A stretch of 64,000 nt of DNA from Eledone cirrhosa (GCA_964016885.1 OZ024741.1:334366001-334430000), one strand, 5' to 3'. Positions 23,982 to 37,535 are shown, counted from the first letter of the stretch. A program made the numbers and translations. Notes: a model not told the origin generated them from the letters alone.

Positions 23982-26780
23982 AAACTTCAAAAAACGTGAA
24001 AACCACTTGATCACCTATAGATGAGGGGAACACGCCAGCCAGATAGATTATATCCTTACTATAAGATGGGACAAAATGTCTGTTGTAAACACTAAATCCC
24101 TCCCCCGTGAAGAATGCACGTCCTAACATAGCCTAGTAGTTAGTGACCTCATAGTCAGGAATAGACGTACTCGACGACAGAGGAGGCCTACCTTGAGGAG
24201 AAGAATATGGAAGTTGAAGGACCCCATAGCCAGTGACAAATTTAAAAGCTTATTACTTGATGCCTTTGACAATAAGGAAGAACAATTAGAGACGTGCAAT
24301 ATAGAGGAACAGTGGCAATTCTTGAAAGTGAACCTGCTGAAAGCAACGGATGATATCTGTGGCTGGAGCAGACCTATTGGCAGGAGGAGAGTAACTTGGT
24401 GGTGGAACAGTAAGGTGGAAGAGACAATCAAGGCCAAAAAGCAGGCTTGGAAAGTATGGCGGGATGGGGGAAGTAGAGAAGACTATCAAGTGGCCAGGAG
24501 AGAAGCTAGGAGATAAGTGTACCTTGCAAAAAGGGTAGCAGAGGATAGAAAGTTCAAGCATGTTCTGCAACGTGAGGACCAAAAACGTGAGGTGTTCAGG
24601 ATTGCTGGACAATGTGTCAAGGAAAACCGTGATATTGTCAGGGAGAAGTGTATCCGTAATGATAATGGTGTACTTGCACTCACTGATACTGATAAGAAGA
24701 TAGCCTGGAAGTGTCACTACGAGAGACTATTAAATGAGGAGAATAAATGGGAAAAAGATAGTCTGCCCCAAATCGATCCAATAGAAGGACCAGCGGTGCA
24801 AGTTAAAGGTAATATAAGTAAGGCAATGAAAGATATGAAGACAGGCAAGGCAGCTGGGCCTTCGGAGATAGTTGCTGAGATGTTGAAGGCATCTGGAATG
24901 GTGGGACATACTATGGTCACCTGTATAGTTAACCAAGTAATACAGAATGGGCTCATACCAAAAGACTGGCATAGCAGCATCATCATTAACTGCTACAAGG
25001 GTAAAGGAGATGCTCTAGATAGAGGAAACTATAGAGGCATTAAGTTAGTTGACCAGGTCATGAAGGTCACAAAAAGAGTTATAGTGCAACTAATCAGAGA
25101 GCGAATTGATCTAGATGAAATGCAGTTTGGGTTTGTGTCAGGTAAAAGTACCACAGATGCTCTTTTCCTTGTACGACAACTACAAGAGAAGTACTTAGCT
25201 AAAAGTAAACCTAATTAGCTTTTGTAGACCTGGAGAAAGCTTTTGACAGAGTCCCCTGCTCCATTATCTGGTGGGCTCTTAAAAAACTAGGTGTAGATGA
25301 ATGGCTTGTGAGAGCTATACAAGCTATGTATAATGAAACAGTCAGTAAGGTTAGAATTAACAATGAATATTGTGAAGAATTTAGTGTAAAAGTTGGCGTT
25401 CATCAAGGCTCTGTCCTTAGGCCCCTCTTATTTATTATTGCCCTTCAGGCTATAACAGAGGAGTTCAAGACCGGCTGCCCATGGGAACTCCTATACGCAG
25501 ATGATCTAACGCTCATAGCTGAATCAATGGCTGAACTAGAGAAGAAATTCAAAACATGGAAGCATGGCCTAGAATCAAAAGGCCTTAAAGTTAACTTGTC
25601 TAAGACTAAAGTTCTAGTTTGTAGAAATGAAAATAGGGCACAGGTGCCCTCGGGGAAATGGCCATGCTCAGTGTGTAGGAAAGGAATAGGTAGAAATTCA
25701 ATTTTATGTCCCAAATGCAAAGTATGGGTACATAAAAGATGTAGTGGGATCACAGGTAAACTATCTAAGAACGTAGACTTTATATGTAGCCAATGCTCAG
25801 GTGCAATAAGTAGCAAGTGTCCAAAGGATACTAGCTCCTTCCATTGCCCAGATGGTTCTATAGAAATAGTAGACACTTTCCCTTACCTGGGTGACAAAAT
25901 CAGCAGTGGTGGATGGAAAAAGTTCCGAGAGCTTATACCGCTGTTGGCCACAAAAGGTTTCTCTCTAAAAATGAAAGGCAGATTGTATGATGCCTGTATA
26001 CGAACAGCAATGCTATATGGCAGTGAGACATGGTCATTACATGCAGAAGACCTGCGTAGACTGGAAAGGAACGAAGCATGCATGCTCCGTTGGATGTGTA
26101 ATAGTAATATACGTGAACAGCAAAGCATAAATGAACTAAGTGAGAAATTAGGAATAAGAGGGATCAGATGCTGTTTACTTGAGAGAAGACTATTTTGGTA
26201 TGGTCACGTGTTGCGCATGAAAAATGACAGCTGCATAAAAAAGTGCAGGGTGATCAAAATTGATGGTAGTTATGGAGTAGGTAGACCCAGAAAAACCTGG
26301 GATAATCTGATAAATTCCGACCTCACACACTTTCATCTCACTAAGACAATGTCTCTGGACCGAGACCTTTTGTGCTACACAGTAATACAGAAGACCCGCC
26401 TTACCTATGTACAAAGCAAAACCTACAGTCAGTAGGCACCTCTTAACCAAATATACACCTCAATCTACTACCCCTACCCTATCCTCCCACTCCCACCAAC
26501 AGCACGAGAAAATGAGATCGAGTTCGTGTAGGTGTCACGACAAAAAACACACACAGTCCACGCTGAAATGTGGCCATGTAGGTAACACGGTAAAAAGTTC
26601 CCAGTTCCACACTGTAAATGTGGTTGGTGTTAGGAAGGGCATCCAGCCGAGAAAACCTGCCAGATAGTCCTATATGAGTGAGACACGGTCACCCAACCAG
26701 CCTTGCCTCAAGTGAGACAACTCCCGTCTTACCCATGCTAGCATGGAAAACGGACGTTAAACAAAGATGATGATGATGAT
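23978..26780 (+). mobile_element. 5'-truncated RTE LINE (APE C-terminus, RT, PHD-like finger, long 3' UTR, (GAT)n), degraded
   Basis: TNFKKRENHLITY..SQIDYIL, VTWWWN, QFGFVSGKSTTDA, LLYADDL, CSVC..CPKC..HKRC..CSQC, LYGSETW, GRPRKTW; several stops and frameshifts. Confidence 0.95.
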
Positions 26781-26911
26781 ATATGTATATATATATATGT
26801 ATAATATAGAAATTGCTTCTACAGGACTAACTCACTCGATATGCAAATTAGGCTGCTCAGCCGTTAATATGCATAAGGAAAGTATATACTTTCAGATGTT
26901 CAATCATCTGG

Positions 26912-26970
26912 CAGGAAGGTATATGATGCTGATGATAGCTAATAAGCTTGAAACTAGTACATCGTTCCTG
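26912..26970 (+). ncRNA. Minimal type I hammerhead ribozyme (GUA triplet)
   Basis: GATG-CTGATGA-T AGCT aata AGCT T-GAAA-CTAG-TA-CATC with distal CAGGAA/TTCCTG; palindromic stem III ACTAGT. Confidence 0.87.
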
Positions 26971-27382
26971 TGTCAGTGTTGAACAAAAGGCCGATGATGG
27001 TTGCTTGAACACTGGTTGCTTGAACACGGCGTAATTCGGGCTGTTTGTTTGTTTACAAACAAACAAACCGAACATTATAATAAATGTTCGGTAAACCCAT
27101 ACGTACATATATATATGTGTGCATGTATGTATATATATACATACTACTGTATGTCTGTATACATATGTGTATGTACGTATACATACTTACATTTATGTAT
27201 CAGCTGTACTAAGAGTGAGAAATGACATTTTGTTTCATTTTTTCCATTTATATATATATATACACATATCTACATATATACATATCTACATATATATATG
27301 TGTGTGTGTGTGTGTTTGTCTGTGTGTATGTATATAATATATATATACATATATATATATATATTTCTGTGGTATGTATATA

Positions 27383-27414
<32 letters not shown>

Positions 27415-28767
27415 TTCTGTGGTACGTATATAATATATATATATATATATATATAAATGAAAGGTATATATATATATATATATATATTTCTGTGGTTGAG
27501 TGTATATACATTTATTTGTGTGTGTGTATAGTGGTTACATCTTTACCAGGTATCTGTGGATGTATATGTAGATAAACACACACACTCACTCCCTTCTTTC
27601 ATTCCTTTCTTCCTTCCTTCCAGCTACATTACTTTTAAGAGCAGACCAGTAAAATGCGCTCAATATAGAGAAGAACCATGCAAATAGAACATTCTATAGC
27701 AGGATTCCATAATTCTCACATATGATGTTCAAAGAACACAGAGAAGATATGTGCTTTTAAAGAAATCTTCATATTATATACATCTTATAAAGTCAAATGT
27801 TTTGCTTTTCTATTTTATTTTTTACCTTGTTTATTCCTTTTAGACTCAGTTATTCTGTTTTTATGAAATATAAGGAATTTTTGTTAAAAAAAAGGAAGAA
27901 ATTTACTTTTCTTAGCTTTACTTTTCAGGAAAGTATCTCAGTAAAAGAACTAAACAAAAGAAAAAAAAAAGACATAATTAAAGGGTGAGGTGGTGGTATG
28001 GGAAATGACTTGAAATGACAACTGTAGAATATCTTGTGAAAAAACAAAAATAATACGTGTGTACGTTTGTATATATATATATATAGTGTGTATATATATA
28101 TATGTGTGTGTGTTTGTGTATGCATATATATGTTTGTGTATGCATATATATGTGTGTGCATGTATATATATATGTGTATGTGTTTGTATATGAGTGTATA
28201 TATATATATATGTGTGTGTATGTGTGTGTGTGTATATATATATATGTGTGTTTGTGTGTGTATGTATATATATATACATTTGTGTATGTATATGTATAAA
28301 TGTGTGTGTATGAATATATATATGTGTCTGTGTGTGTGTGTATACGCACACATCGATTCAGGTAGATGTAGATATATATATGCAAATTAGAATATTCAAT
28401 GTTCTTATATTTTTTTTTCTGATGTTTTGTTTCATTTTTTTGTTTTTGTAATGTTGCCCCTCCCCCCGCCTTCTTATTTTGTTATTAAAATGGATAGGAA
28501 GATTGCTTCTAGGATATGTCTGAAAAATTCAATTCAAAATTATATTTAAAAAAAAAAAAAATAGCCACTATTATTCAGTTGGCTTTTTACATTATTCTCA
28601 TGGTAAGCAACCCAGAGCTATTTGAATATGAATTAAAAGATGGAGAACCATGCTTAAGAATGTGAAAGCCTTACATCATTAATATTTATGTTATATAACA
28701 AATAATAGTGAAATAATGTGAATGTCATATATAATCATATAATGTAATATAGAACTTGTATCATATA

Positions 28768-29126
28768 TGAGGGTCGGCTGAACAATTCATAGGCTGATCA
28801 AGATATTTTCAGGGAATGATCTAATGAAGTTTATTTTTCAACATAGTCCCTGGAAAGAAGCAGTGCAGTTATTAAATTAGGAAAGTTGAAATCAATGCAT
28901 GTAAGATTTCACAGCTCTAGCATCACTCCTACATAGGCTGAAAAGTTCATAGGCTAACCAAGATACACTCAGGGAATGACCAAATGTGGTTTATTTTTCA
29001 ACATAGTCCCTGGAAAGATGCAATGCAGTTATTAAAGAAGGAGAATTGAAATCAATGCATGTAAGATTTCACGGCTCTAGCATCACTCCTTCATACTCAG
29101 CCTATGAACTTTTCAGCCTAAACTCA
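28768..29126. mobile_element. Tc1/mariner-type MITE with an internal ~160 bp tandem duplication
   Basis: TA|TGAGGGTCGGCTGAA..TTCATAGGCTGA ... TCAGCCTATGAACTTTTCAGCC..ACTCA|TA inverted termini. Confidence 0.75.
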
Positions 29127-29403
29127 TAGATTTGATTCTAAAGCTTATAAAATATTCTCAGAGATGTTTAGAAGTGTGTTTTTGCCATGGGATTTCTTTC
29201 TCCATTTGCTTTCCTTTTCTTTTCAGAAAATACTAAGATGGTACATATGGGAGGATTCTATTGAACCTTTCCTTATAATATCCCTAATGAAAGATGCTCT
29301 CTATGATTTTAAAATTATTTTGAAAAAAAAAAAGTATTTGGAGGTATTTAGAAATATAACTAACTTTTTCTGGTGTTGTCAAATTTTATTTTTCGGTTTT
29401 TAA

Positions 29404-29622
29404 CCCTTTAGCATTTACATTACTCTATATTCACTATTGTATTTTCACAGTAAACACTTTATCTCACATAATAATCTCATAATATTGAATCTACAAGATT
29501 TTGATATTATTTATTTTGAGAACAATACCTTAACATAAGTATGAGTAGCTGGTTATAGCTGATTTGAACAGAAATAGGTGAGAGAATCCTGGCTGGATAT
29601 GGCCGGTTTAAAAGCTAAAGGT
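29404..29622. mobile_element. TTAA-flanked (piggyBac-type) MITE
   Basis: TTAA|CCCTTTAGC...GCTAAAGGT|TTAA; second copy at 32074-32620. Confidence 0.8.
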
Positions 29623-30119
29623 TTAATATTAAGTTATTTTATGTTACAAAGCTGTTTATATAAAAACAAAGACCACTATTACAGGGAATAAAACAATTGA
29701 ATGACAAAATTGTAAGTGCAGCAGACAAAATGCTTTAGCAATATAACTCACTTTCAAATTATTAAGTTGGTATTTAAGTGGTGAAATAGCAAATTCATTA
29801 GAACATTGGATTAAATACTATATGGCATTTATCCCAGCTCTTTATGATCTGTGTTCAAATAACAGCGAGGTCAACTTCTGAAATCAATAAAATAAAGTAC
29901 CAATCAAGTACTGGGGTCAATATAATCGAACCAACTTTTCTCCATAACCTCGTTTCCTTATTAGAAACCATCACTAGAGTGTCACAGATACCCTGCTTTA
30001 CAGCATATAGTTACTGCCCTTTATGTTCTGAGTTCAAATCCTGCTGAGTTTAGCTTTGCTTTTCATCCTTTTGGAGTCAATTAAATAAAGTACAAATAAT
30101 GCACTAGGGTCGATTTAAT

Positions 30120-30290
30120 GGGCAAAACCAACTGGCAAGAAGCCCAGGGGCTGGATAACATCCATGAGCTTGGCTGGTCACGCTTGGGGATACAGCCAGA
30201 TCTGTTGGAGATGGTTGCTTCTGACAGGACTCGCTGGAAGGAGTGTTTGAGAACTGTACCCCCACAACTCACTCAGGAATAAGTGGGTGA
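30120..30290 (+). mobile_element. Fragment of a distinct RTE-like LINE C-terminus
   Basis: Reads AKPTGKKPRG..LDNIHELGWSRLG...LLEMVASDRTRWKECL, with a frameshift. Confidence 0.6.
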
Positions 30291-30489
30291 TGAAAAAGAA
30301 AATTAACAGTTTTGTATCTTAGAAACAGATGTGTTTTCAGACAGGTCCATATCAAACTGACTTATGACTGACCTTGCTTACATTAAGATCAAGAACATGA
30401 TAGGTGAGAAAGTATATTTCAAACCATTCAACCAATCATTTCTCAGGTGATGTTTCACTATTCCATTTTTCGTCACTCATTAGCAGCAG

Positions 30490-30750
30490 GTAGCTGTATA
30501 TTCACAGGTGATACCAGACACCTGTATATTTACAGATTGTATCAGCTAACAGGTGCTAGACACCTGAAAATTTATGGATAATATCAGCTAACCGGTGTTA
30601 GACACCTGCATATTTATGGATAATATCAGCCAGCATGTGGTACCAGGCACCTGTCTATTTTGCAGTCTATATGTGGTACCAGACACCTGTATATTTACAG
30701 ATAATATCAACTGACAGGTGCTACCAGGTACCTCTGTATATTTCCAAGTA
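30490..30750. repeat. Diverged ~43 bp tandem repeat with CAGGTG/CACCTG motifs
   Basis: acaggtg.taccagacacctgtatatttacagataatatcagct recurs about 5-6 times. Confidence 0.7.
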
Positions 30751-30984
30751 ATTGGGCTATCATTTCTGGAACCATTCACTGAACTTAGTTAATCCATCAA
30801 ATGCTGAGATTCACACTAAAACAAATTGAGGGGATATGGTCAACTGTCACATATTGAGAAATATAGAGCAAGAGATATCTGATAGTTTGTTTGCTACATA
30901 TCTGCAGGAGTTTATTTGGCAGTGAATGAAGAAAACTTTATTTTATCGAATTTTCTCCACAATTCATTATTATAACATATAAAT

Positions 30985-32070
30985 AATGACTTCTAATTTA
31001 GAGATAAGGGAAAAGTCAATTAAATCAACCCCAGCGCATTACTGGTACTTTATTTTATTGACCCCTATAAGGATGAAAAGCAAGGTAACCTCAGCTGAAT
31101 TTGAACTCAAAACATAAAGGGCCATAACACTATTCTGCAAAGCATTTTGGTCGATGCTCTACCGATACTACCAATCCACTACTATACTATAACATAAATA
31201 ATGGTTTCTGATTTAGGCACAAGGCCAGCAATTTTGAGGGAAGAGAAAGTCGATTAAATTTACCCCAGTGTGTGACTGGTACTATGTTTCCAATCCCGCA
31301 AGGATAAAATGCAAAGCTAAACTCAGCGGAATTTGAACTCAGAAAGTAAAGGAATGTAACTGTTTACCATAAAGCATGTTGTCCGAGGCTCTGCCGATTC
31401 TGCCAATCTGGGCACAAGACTAACAATTTGTGTGGAGAAGACAGTCAATTATATCAACCTGAGTACTTAACATATATTTTATTTTATTCAACTTAGAAGG
31501 TTAAAAGTCAAAGTTGACCTCAGCAAGATTTGAACTCAGAACATAAAGAGCTGGAGCAAATACTGCTAAACATTTATATGATGTTCTGTAACATAAATAA
31601 TTGTTTCTACTTTTGACACAAGGCCAGTAATTACCCCAGTGAATTACTGGTGCTTTATTTTATCAACCCCCTAAGGATGATGAAAGGCAAAGTTAACCTT
31701 GGCAGGATTTGAACTCAGAAGGTAAAGGGCCATAACTCTATGCTGTAAAGCATGGTGTCTGACGCACTACTGATACTGCCAATCCAATAAAGATTATATT
31801 GTTGTTAGTTTTTTTTGTACCGTGTCGTTTGTAATTTGTTAATAGCAAATTATTTATTAATAGCATAACTCCATGTTAGTGCCCCCCTTTCTGACATTGT
31901 TTCTTTTGAGCTTTCTTAATAATTGTTTCTACTTTTGGAACAAGGCCAGCAATTACCCAGTACATTACTGGTACTTTACTTCATCGACCCCACAAGGATG
32001 AAAGGCAAAGTCAACCTAATGGTTTCTGATTTAGGTACAAGCCCAACAATTTTGGGAGGGTGAAATCGAT
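30985..32070 (-). mobile_element. Head-to-tail cluster of about 6 tRNA-derived SINEs with a Meta-like central domain
   Basis: Recurrent ctggtactttattttatcgacccc..aaggatgaaaggcaaagt..acct..gc.ggatttgaactcaga. Confidence 0.85.
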
Positions 32071-32073
32071 TAA

Positions 32074-32620
32074 CCCTTTAGCATTTACATTACTCAATAT
32101 TTACTATTGTATTTTCATGGTATAGGCTTTACCTCACATAATTATCTCGCATAATATCGAACCTATGATATTTTTCATCATCATCATCATCATCATCATC
32201 GATTAAGGTCTACCTTCCACGCTAGCATGGGTTAGATGGATTTGTCCTAATTAGAGGCAAGTTGAGTCGGGTTACCATGTCTCGCTCATATAGGAGAGTT
32301 TCTGGCTGGTTTTCTATAGCTGGATGCCCTTCCTAGCACAAACCACATTTACAGTGTACACTGGGTGCTTTTGGCCATGACTTTTATACGTCCACTTTAC
32401 AGTGTGAGCTGGGTGTTTTGGGGCTGGTTTTCTATGGCTGGATGCCCTTCCTAATGCCAACCACATTTACAGTGTGTGCTGGGTGGTTTTTATCATGACA
32501 CCTACGCAATCACTGGAGAACAATACCTTAACATCAGTATGAGTGGCTAGTTACAGCCAGTTTGAACAAAAAGAGGTGAGAGAATTCTGGCCGGTTATGG
32601 CCGGTTTAAATGCTAAAGGA
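32074..32620. mobile_element. piggyBac-type MITE inserted in a SINE and itself interrupted by an RTE-tailed insert (32175-32515, minus)
   Basis: TTAA duplication at the SINE site tcgaTTAAatcg; internal (cat)n...ttccacgctagcatgggtt tail. Confidence 0.82.
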
Positions 32621-33365
32621 TTAAATCGGCCCCAGTGCATTGCTGGTAGTTTATTTTATCAACCCTGTAAGGATGAAAAGCTAACCAGGGCAGGATTTGA
32701 ATAACTTTTTTAATAACTACTAGCTTTAAATAATGAAAGGAGACTTTGAAGAATGCACTCTTAGATTTAACATTAAAAAGAGGGGATGGCTATGGGTGGA
32801 ACACCTTCAATCAAGTGTTTACTCAGTCTGGGCATACCTGAGGCTAAACAACAAGAATAATAACATTAATGACTGGTATTTTCTAGCATTTCTGAAATGT
32901 TTCATTCAACAGATATGAAGTAGTCCTTGAAATATTTCCCCCTTTACTGGTCCAGGTTTTTTGTAATCTTTATCTTTATAAAGAAAAAAATCTACTTCAA
33001 AACTAAATTGAAATGCTGCAGGAAATATAGGTTGTATTACTGATACACCATACACACATACATACATACATACATACTCTCATATACATTATCATCATAG
33101 TTGAGGTTTTACTGTTGATTTTACATTCACGTGCACACACACACACACATATATATATACACACATGCACACACACATATATACATATATATCTACACAC
33201 ACACACACACATATATATATATAATATATGTATGTATTAATTATTAGTACAGATTAAAGTTCAGGCAAAGATCCCATAAAAGGGTGAAAGCAGTGATTCT
33301 TTGCTTAAACTTTAATCTGTACTAATAATAATATGCTCTTTGGGTTTATATCTACTTTTTATATA

Positions 33366-33715
33366 TCATCATCATCATCATCATCATCATCATTTTACGT
33401 CCGCTTTTCCCTGCTTGCAAGGGTGGGACGGGAACTGATTCTGGCTTGATTTCTACAGCTAGATGCCCTTCCTAACACCAACCTCATTTACAGTGAGTGG
33501 TGGGTGCTTTTTTGCCATGGCACCTCCACAACCACTTTGCAGTGGAATGATAGGGACCCGAGTCCCTATCATCTCATTTCTACATCTGAGTAAACTGGAG
33601 CAATGTGAAATAAAGTGTCTTGCTCAAGGACACAACACATCACCCGGTCCGAGAATTGAACTCACAACCTTTCGATTGCAAGGCCAATGCTCTAACCACT
33701 AAGCCATGTGCCTCC
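33366..33715 (-). mobile_element. Full-length tRNA-derived SINE with RTE-type 3' tail
   Basis: A box tggcttagtgg, B box gttcaattc, gtccttgagcaagacactt domain, tail gggaaaagcggacgtaaaa(tga)n. Confidence 0.9.
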
Positions 33716-33780
33716 ATATATATATACAATCCTTATTGAGCCCTCTTCCGATTTTGGTCTTCACATTTATTATTATTATC

Positions 33781-33862
<82 letters not shown>

Positions 33863-35664
33863 GAGAGTTTTTAAAAAGCCTGTATGACTAAGTCTTTCAA
33901 ATATAAATTCAAAACTAGGGGTGGGGTGCACACAGAACGAAGACAATAGAAAAACAATGAAAAACAAACAGTCCCATCTCCTCAGTCAACCTTGGGAAAT
34001 CACTATGTTTTCGGAGCATTAAGGTTACTCTAACAAAACAGGAAGAGACAAATGAACATAAATTAAAAACATAAAAATGTCTTTTTGATATTTAAAAAAT
34101 GTAAATTAAACTATATTTTTACATCACACTATTGAATAGCATAATGAAAACTGTATTAAGTTTCAGATGTCATGTTGGTTCTTCAGAGGGAAACATTATG
34201 GGATGGTAACAATAACTCTTTATCACATTAACCTCATGGTAACTGTATTTTGAGCAGGTTAAGTATCATTTATTCCTTTATCCCCAAACCTCCAAATCAC
34301 TGAAGACAGAGCCATACCCAAAGTTTATCTATAACATTAACCTCATGGAAATTGTATTTGGTAGAAATAGTTGGCACAGTTTAAGTATCATTTATCCCCA
34401 AGCCTCCAAATAACAGAGTCATGCTCAAGTTTAAACATACAGTAAATAGCGCTGAAATTTTGTAGTTAAAAAGAAAATATTTCAATATGATCCAATCCGT
34501 AGCTTAATGAAATAGTATTGATCTTCATTCAAAATATCAACTAGTTTGATAAATATCTTTGATCTTAGCTGAAATTTAACAAATTGCTGAATGGTTTCAA
34601 CGCATGCCATGATATTCTATATAAATTACATGCTTATGTTAATACATAAAACAAAAATAAAGACCAAGGGAGAGACTGAGAGAAGAATCAATTGACTGGT
34701 CCCAGAACTCATTCATTTACTGAGTGGGGTGGAACTTGTCAAATTGGACCAAGAAAACAATATTTCCATTAGTCTTTTTATTCCTGATACTATCTACCAG
34801 TCACAATTACTGACAGAAAAAACAACATGAAATAAAGGGTTTTGCTCAAGGACATAGAGTCACACTGGGTCCAAGAATCGAATTCACAGCCTCACAATAA
34901 CAAATACAATCCTCTAACCCTTCACTAGAACAAGGACCAAAACATCTAAAAGAGTGTGAAAATTAATTAAAATATTCACCTAATGGCCTCATGCTTGTTA
35001 TGGATTTAAACCTAGACTTTCTACAATAACATTCCATTATTCTTTTATTCATTTATTGGTTTCAGTCAGCAACATACAACAATGTTGGGGCTCCACTTTT
35101 AAGGGTAATTTTTGTCAATTATATCAACCCATATTAATTAGTCCGCAGTCATGTTATTGATCCCTATTTACTGTAGATACCCAAATATAAGCCGAGGAAT
35201 ATGACATCCCCCCTCCCAAATCTATGGTAAAATAGGTGTGTGTGTGGGGGGGGGGGGGGGGGGGTCAGCTTATATATACCATCTAAACAATGTGTGAATT
35301 AGCTGTTTCGGATTATAAAAGGGATTTGGATTTTGGCCCATTTTTCAGATATAATACATTGAAGATTCTGCCCAGAAACATGTAGGGGTAAGATATTTTT
35401 GGCATACAACTGTTGTTGTTTGTTTTCTTCTGGTCAAATATATTGATTGTGAAAGATTTAAGTATATCTTTTCATAGTTTTGCTTTCCTTTCTATGTTTT
35501 TAATTTGTGTGGTGAATGCTACAGATGTGTAACTTCTTCATGTGTGATATGTTATATGACTGAATGTGAATCCTAATTTCATTCGATTTTCTTTGGTGTT
35601 GCTTATAAAAAGGGGAACTATAGATTCTGTAAGTGCTGTTATAAGTAAGTATATGGTTTAAGGG

Positions 35665-36050
35665 CAGGGAATTGGCAGTATTGCTAGAGCATTGGACAAC
35701 ATGCTTTGCAGCATAGAGTTATGGCTCTTTACATTCTGAGTTCAAATCCTGCCAGGGTTGGCTTTGCCTTTCATCCTTATGGGACCGATAAAACAAAGCA
35801 CCAGTAATGTGCTGGAGTTGATTTAATCAACTTCCCCTTCCTCCAAATTATTGGTCTCATGCCTAAATCTGAAACCATTATTATTGACGCCATGCTTTGC
35901 AGCAAAGAGTTACGGCCCTTTATGGTCTGAGTTCAAATCCCGCCGAGGTTAACTTTGCCTTTCATCCTTACGGGGTCGATAAAATAAAGTACCAGTAATA
36001 CACTGGGATAATTACTGGCCTTGTGCCAAAAGTAGAAACAATTATTATTA
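35665..36050 (+). mobile_element. Tandem pair of Meta-like SINEs
   Basis: ctgagttcaaatcc..ccgaggttaactttgcctttcatcctta.ggggtcgataaaataaagtaccag. Confidence 0.85.
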
Positions 36051-36239
36051 TCATTCTCTTCCTCCTCCCCTTCATTCACCCCTTCCTCCCTATCATTTTC
36101 CTTATAAGTATGTATATGATTGATGTAAAGCTGGAGTTATTGTATAGCTGTACATTTTTAACTGACATCTCTGGTGTTGCATCTTTATTTTGTGTGTCTA
36201 TGGTTATTATTGTCTCTGGCTTGTAGCTATAATGTATAA

Positions 36240-37535
36240 AGACTTTCTCTAGCCCAGAGGCTCGTCAGGGCAATGCTTATCCTAGTTTTCATGAGACTTT
36301 CTCTAGCCCAGAGGTTCGTCAGAGTAATGCTTATCCTAGTTTTCATGAGACTTTCTCTAGCCCAGAGGCTCGTCAGAGTAATGCTTATCCTAGTTTTCAT
36401 GAGACTTTCTCTAGCCCAGAGGCTCGTCAGAGTAATGCTTATCCTAGTTTTTATGAGACTTTCTCTAGCCCAGAGGTTCGTCAGAGTAATGCTTATCCTA
36501 GTTTTCATGAGACTTTCTCTAGCCCAGAGGCTCGTCAGAGTAATGCTTATCCTAGTTTTCATGAGACTTTCTCTAGCCCAGAGGCTCGTCAGAGTAATGC
36601 TTATCCTAGTTTTTATGAGACTTTCTCTAGCCCAGAGGTTCGTCAGAGTAATGCTTATCCTAGTTTTCATGAGACTTTCTCTAGCCCAGAGGCTCGTCAG
36701 AGTAATGCTTATCCTAGTTTTCATGAGACTTTCTCTAGCCCAGAGGTTCGTCAGAGTAATGCTTATCCTAGTTTTTATGAGACTTTCTCTAGCCCAGAGG
36801 TTCGTCAGAGTAATGCTTATCCTAGTTTTCATGAGACTTTCTCTAGCCCAGAGGCTCGTCAGAGTAATGCTTATCCTAGTTTTCATGATACTTTCTCTAG
36901 CCCAGAGGTTCGTCAGGGCAATGCTTATCCTAGTTTTCATGAGACTTTCTCTAGCCCAGAGGCTCGTCAGAGTAATGCTTATCCTAGTTTTTATGAGACT
37001 TTCTCTAGCCCAGAGGTTCGTCAGAGTAATGCTTATCCTAGTTTTCATGAGACTTTCTCTAGCCCAGAGGTTCGTCAGAGTAATGCTTATCCTAGTTTTT
37101 ATGAGACTTTCTCTAGCCCAGAGGTTCGTCAGGGCAATGCTTATCCTAGTTTTCATGAGACTTTCTCTAGCCCAGAGGCTCGTCAGAGTAATGCTTATCC
37201 TAGTTTTTATGAGACTTTCTCTAGCCCAGAGGTTCGTCAGAGTAATGCTTATCCTAGTTTTCATGAGACTTTCTCTAGCCCAGAGGCTCGTCAGGGCAAT
37301 GCTTATCCTAGTTTTCATGAGACTTTCTCTAGCCCAGAGGCTCGTCAGGGCAATGCTTATCCTAGTTTTCATGAGACTTTCTCTAGCCCAGAGGCTCGTC
37401 AGGGCAATGCTTATGCTAGTTTTCATGAGACTTTCTCTAGCCCAGAGGCTCGTCAGGGCAATGCTTATCCTAGTTTTCATGAAACTTTCTCAAGCCCAGA
37501 GGCTCATCAGAGTAATGCTTATTCCAGTTTCCATG
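36240..37535. repeat. ~24-copy 54 bp tandem array derived from a SINE 3' tail
   Basis: Unit agactttctctagcccagaggYtcgtcagRgYaatgcttatcctagttttYatg; continuous with the SINE body at 37535-37760. Confidence 0.95.

Noticed and set aside
33890-34070. Possible degenerate HHR on the minus strand
   Set aside because: The 5' core is unrecognisable; only a GAG/CTC-GAAA remnant remains
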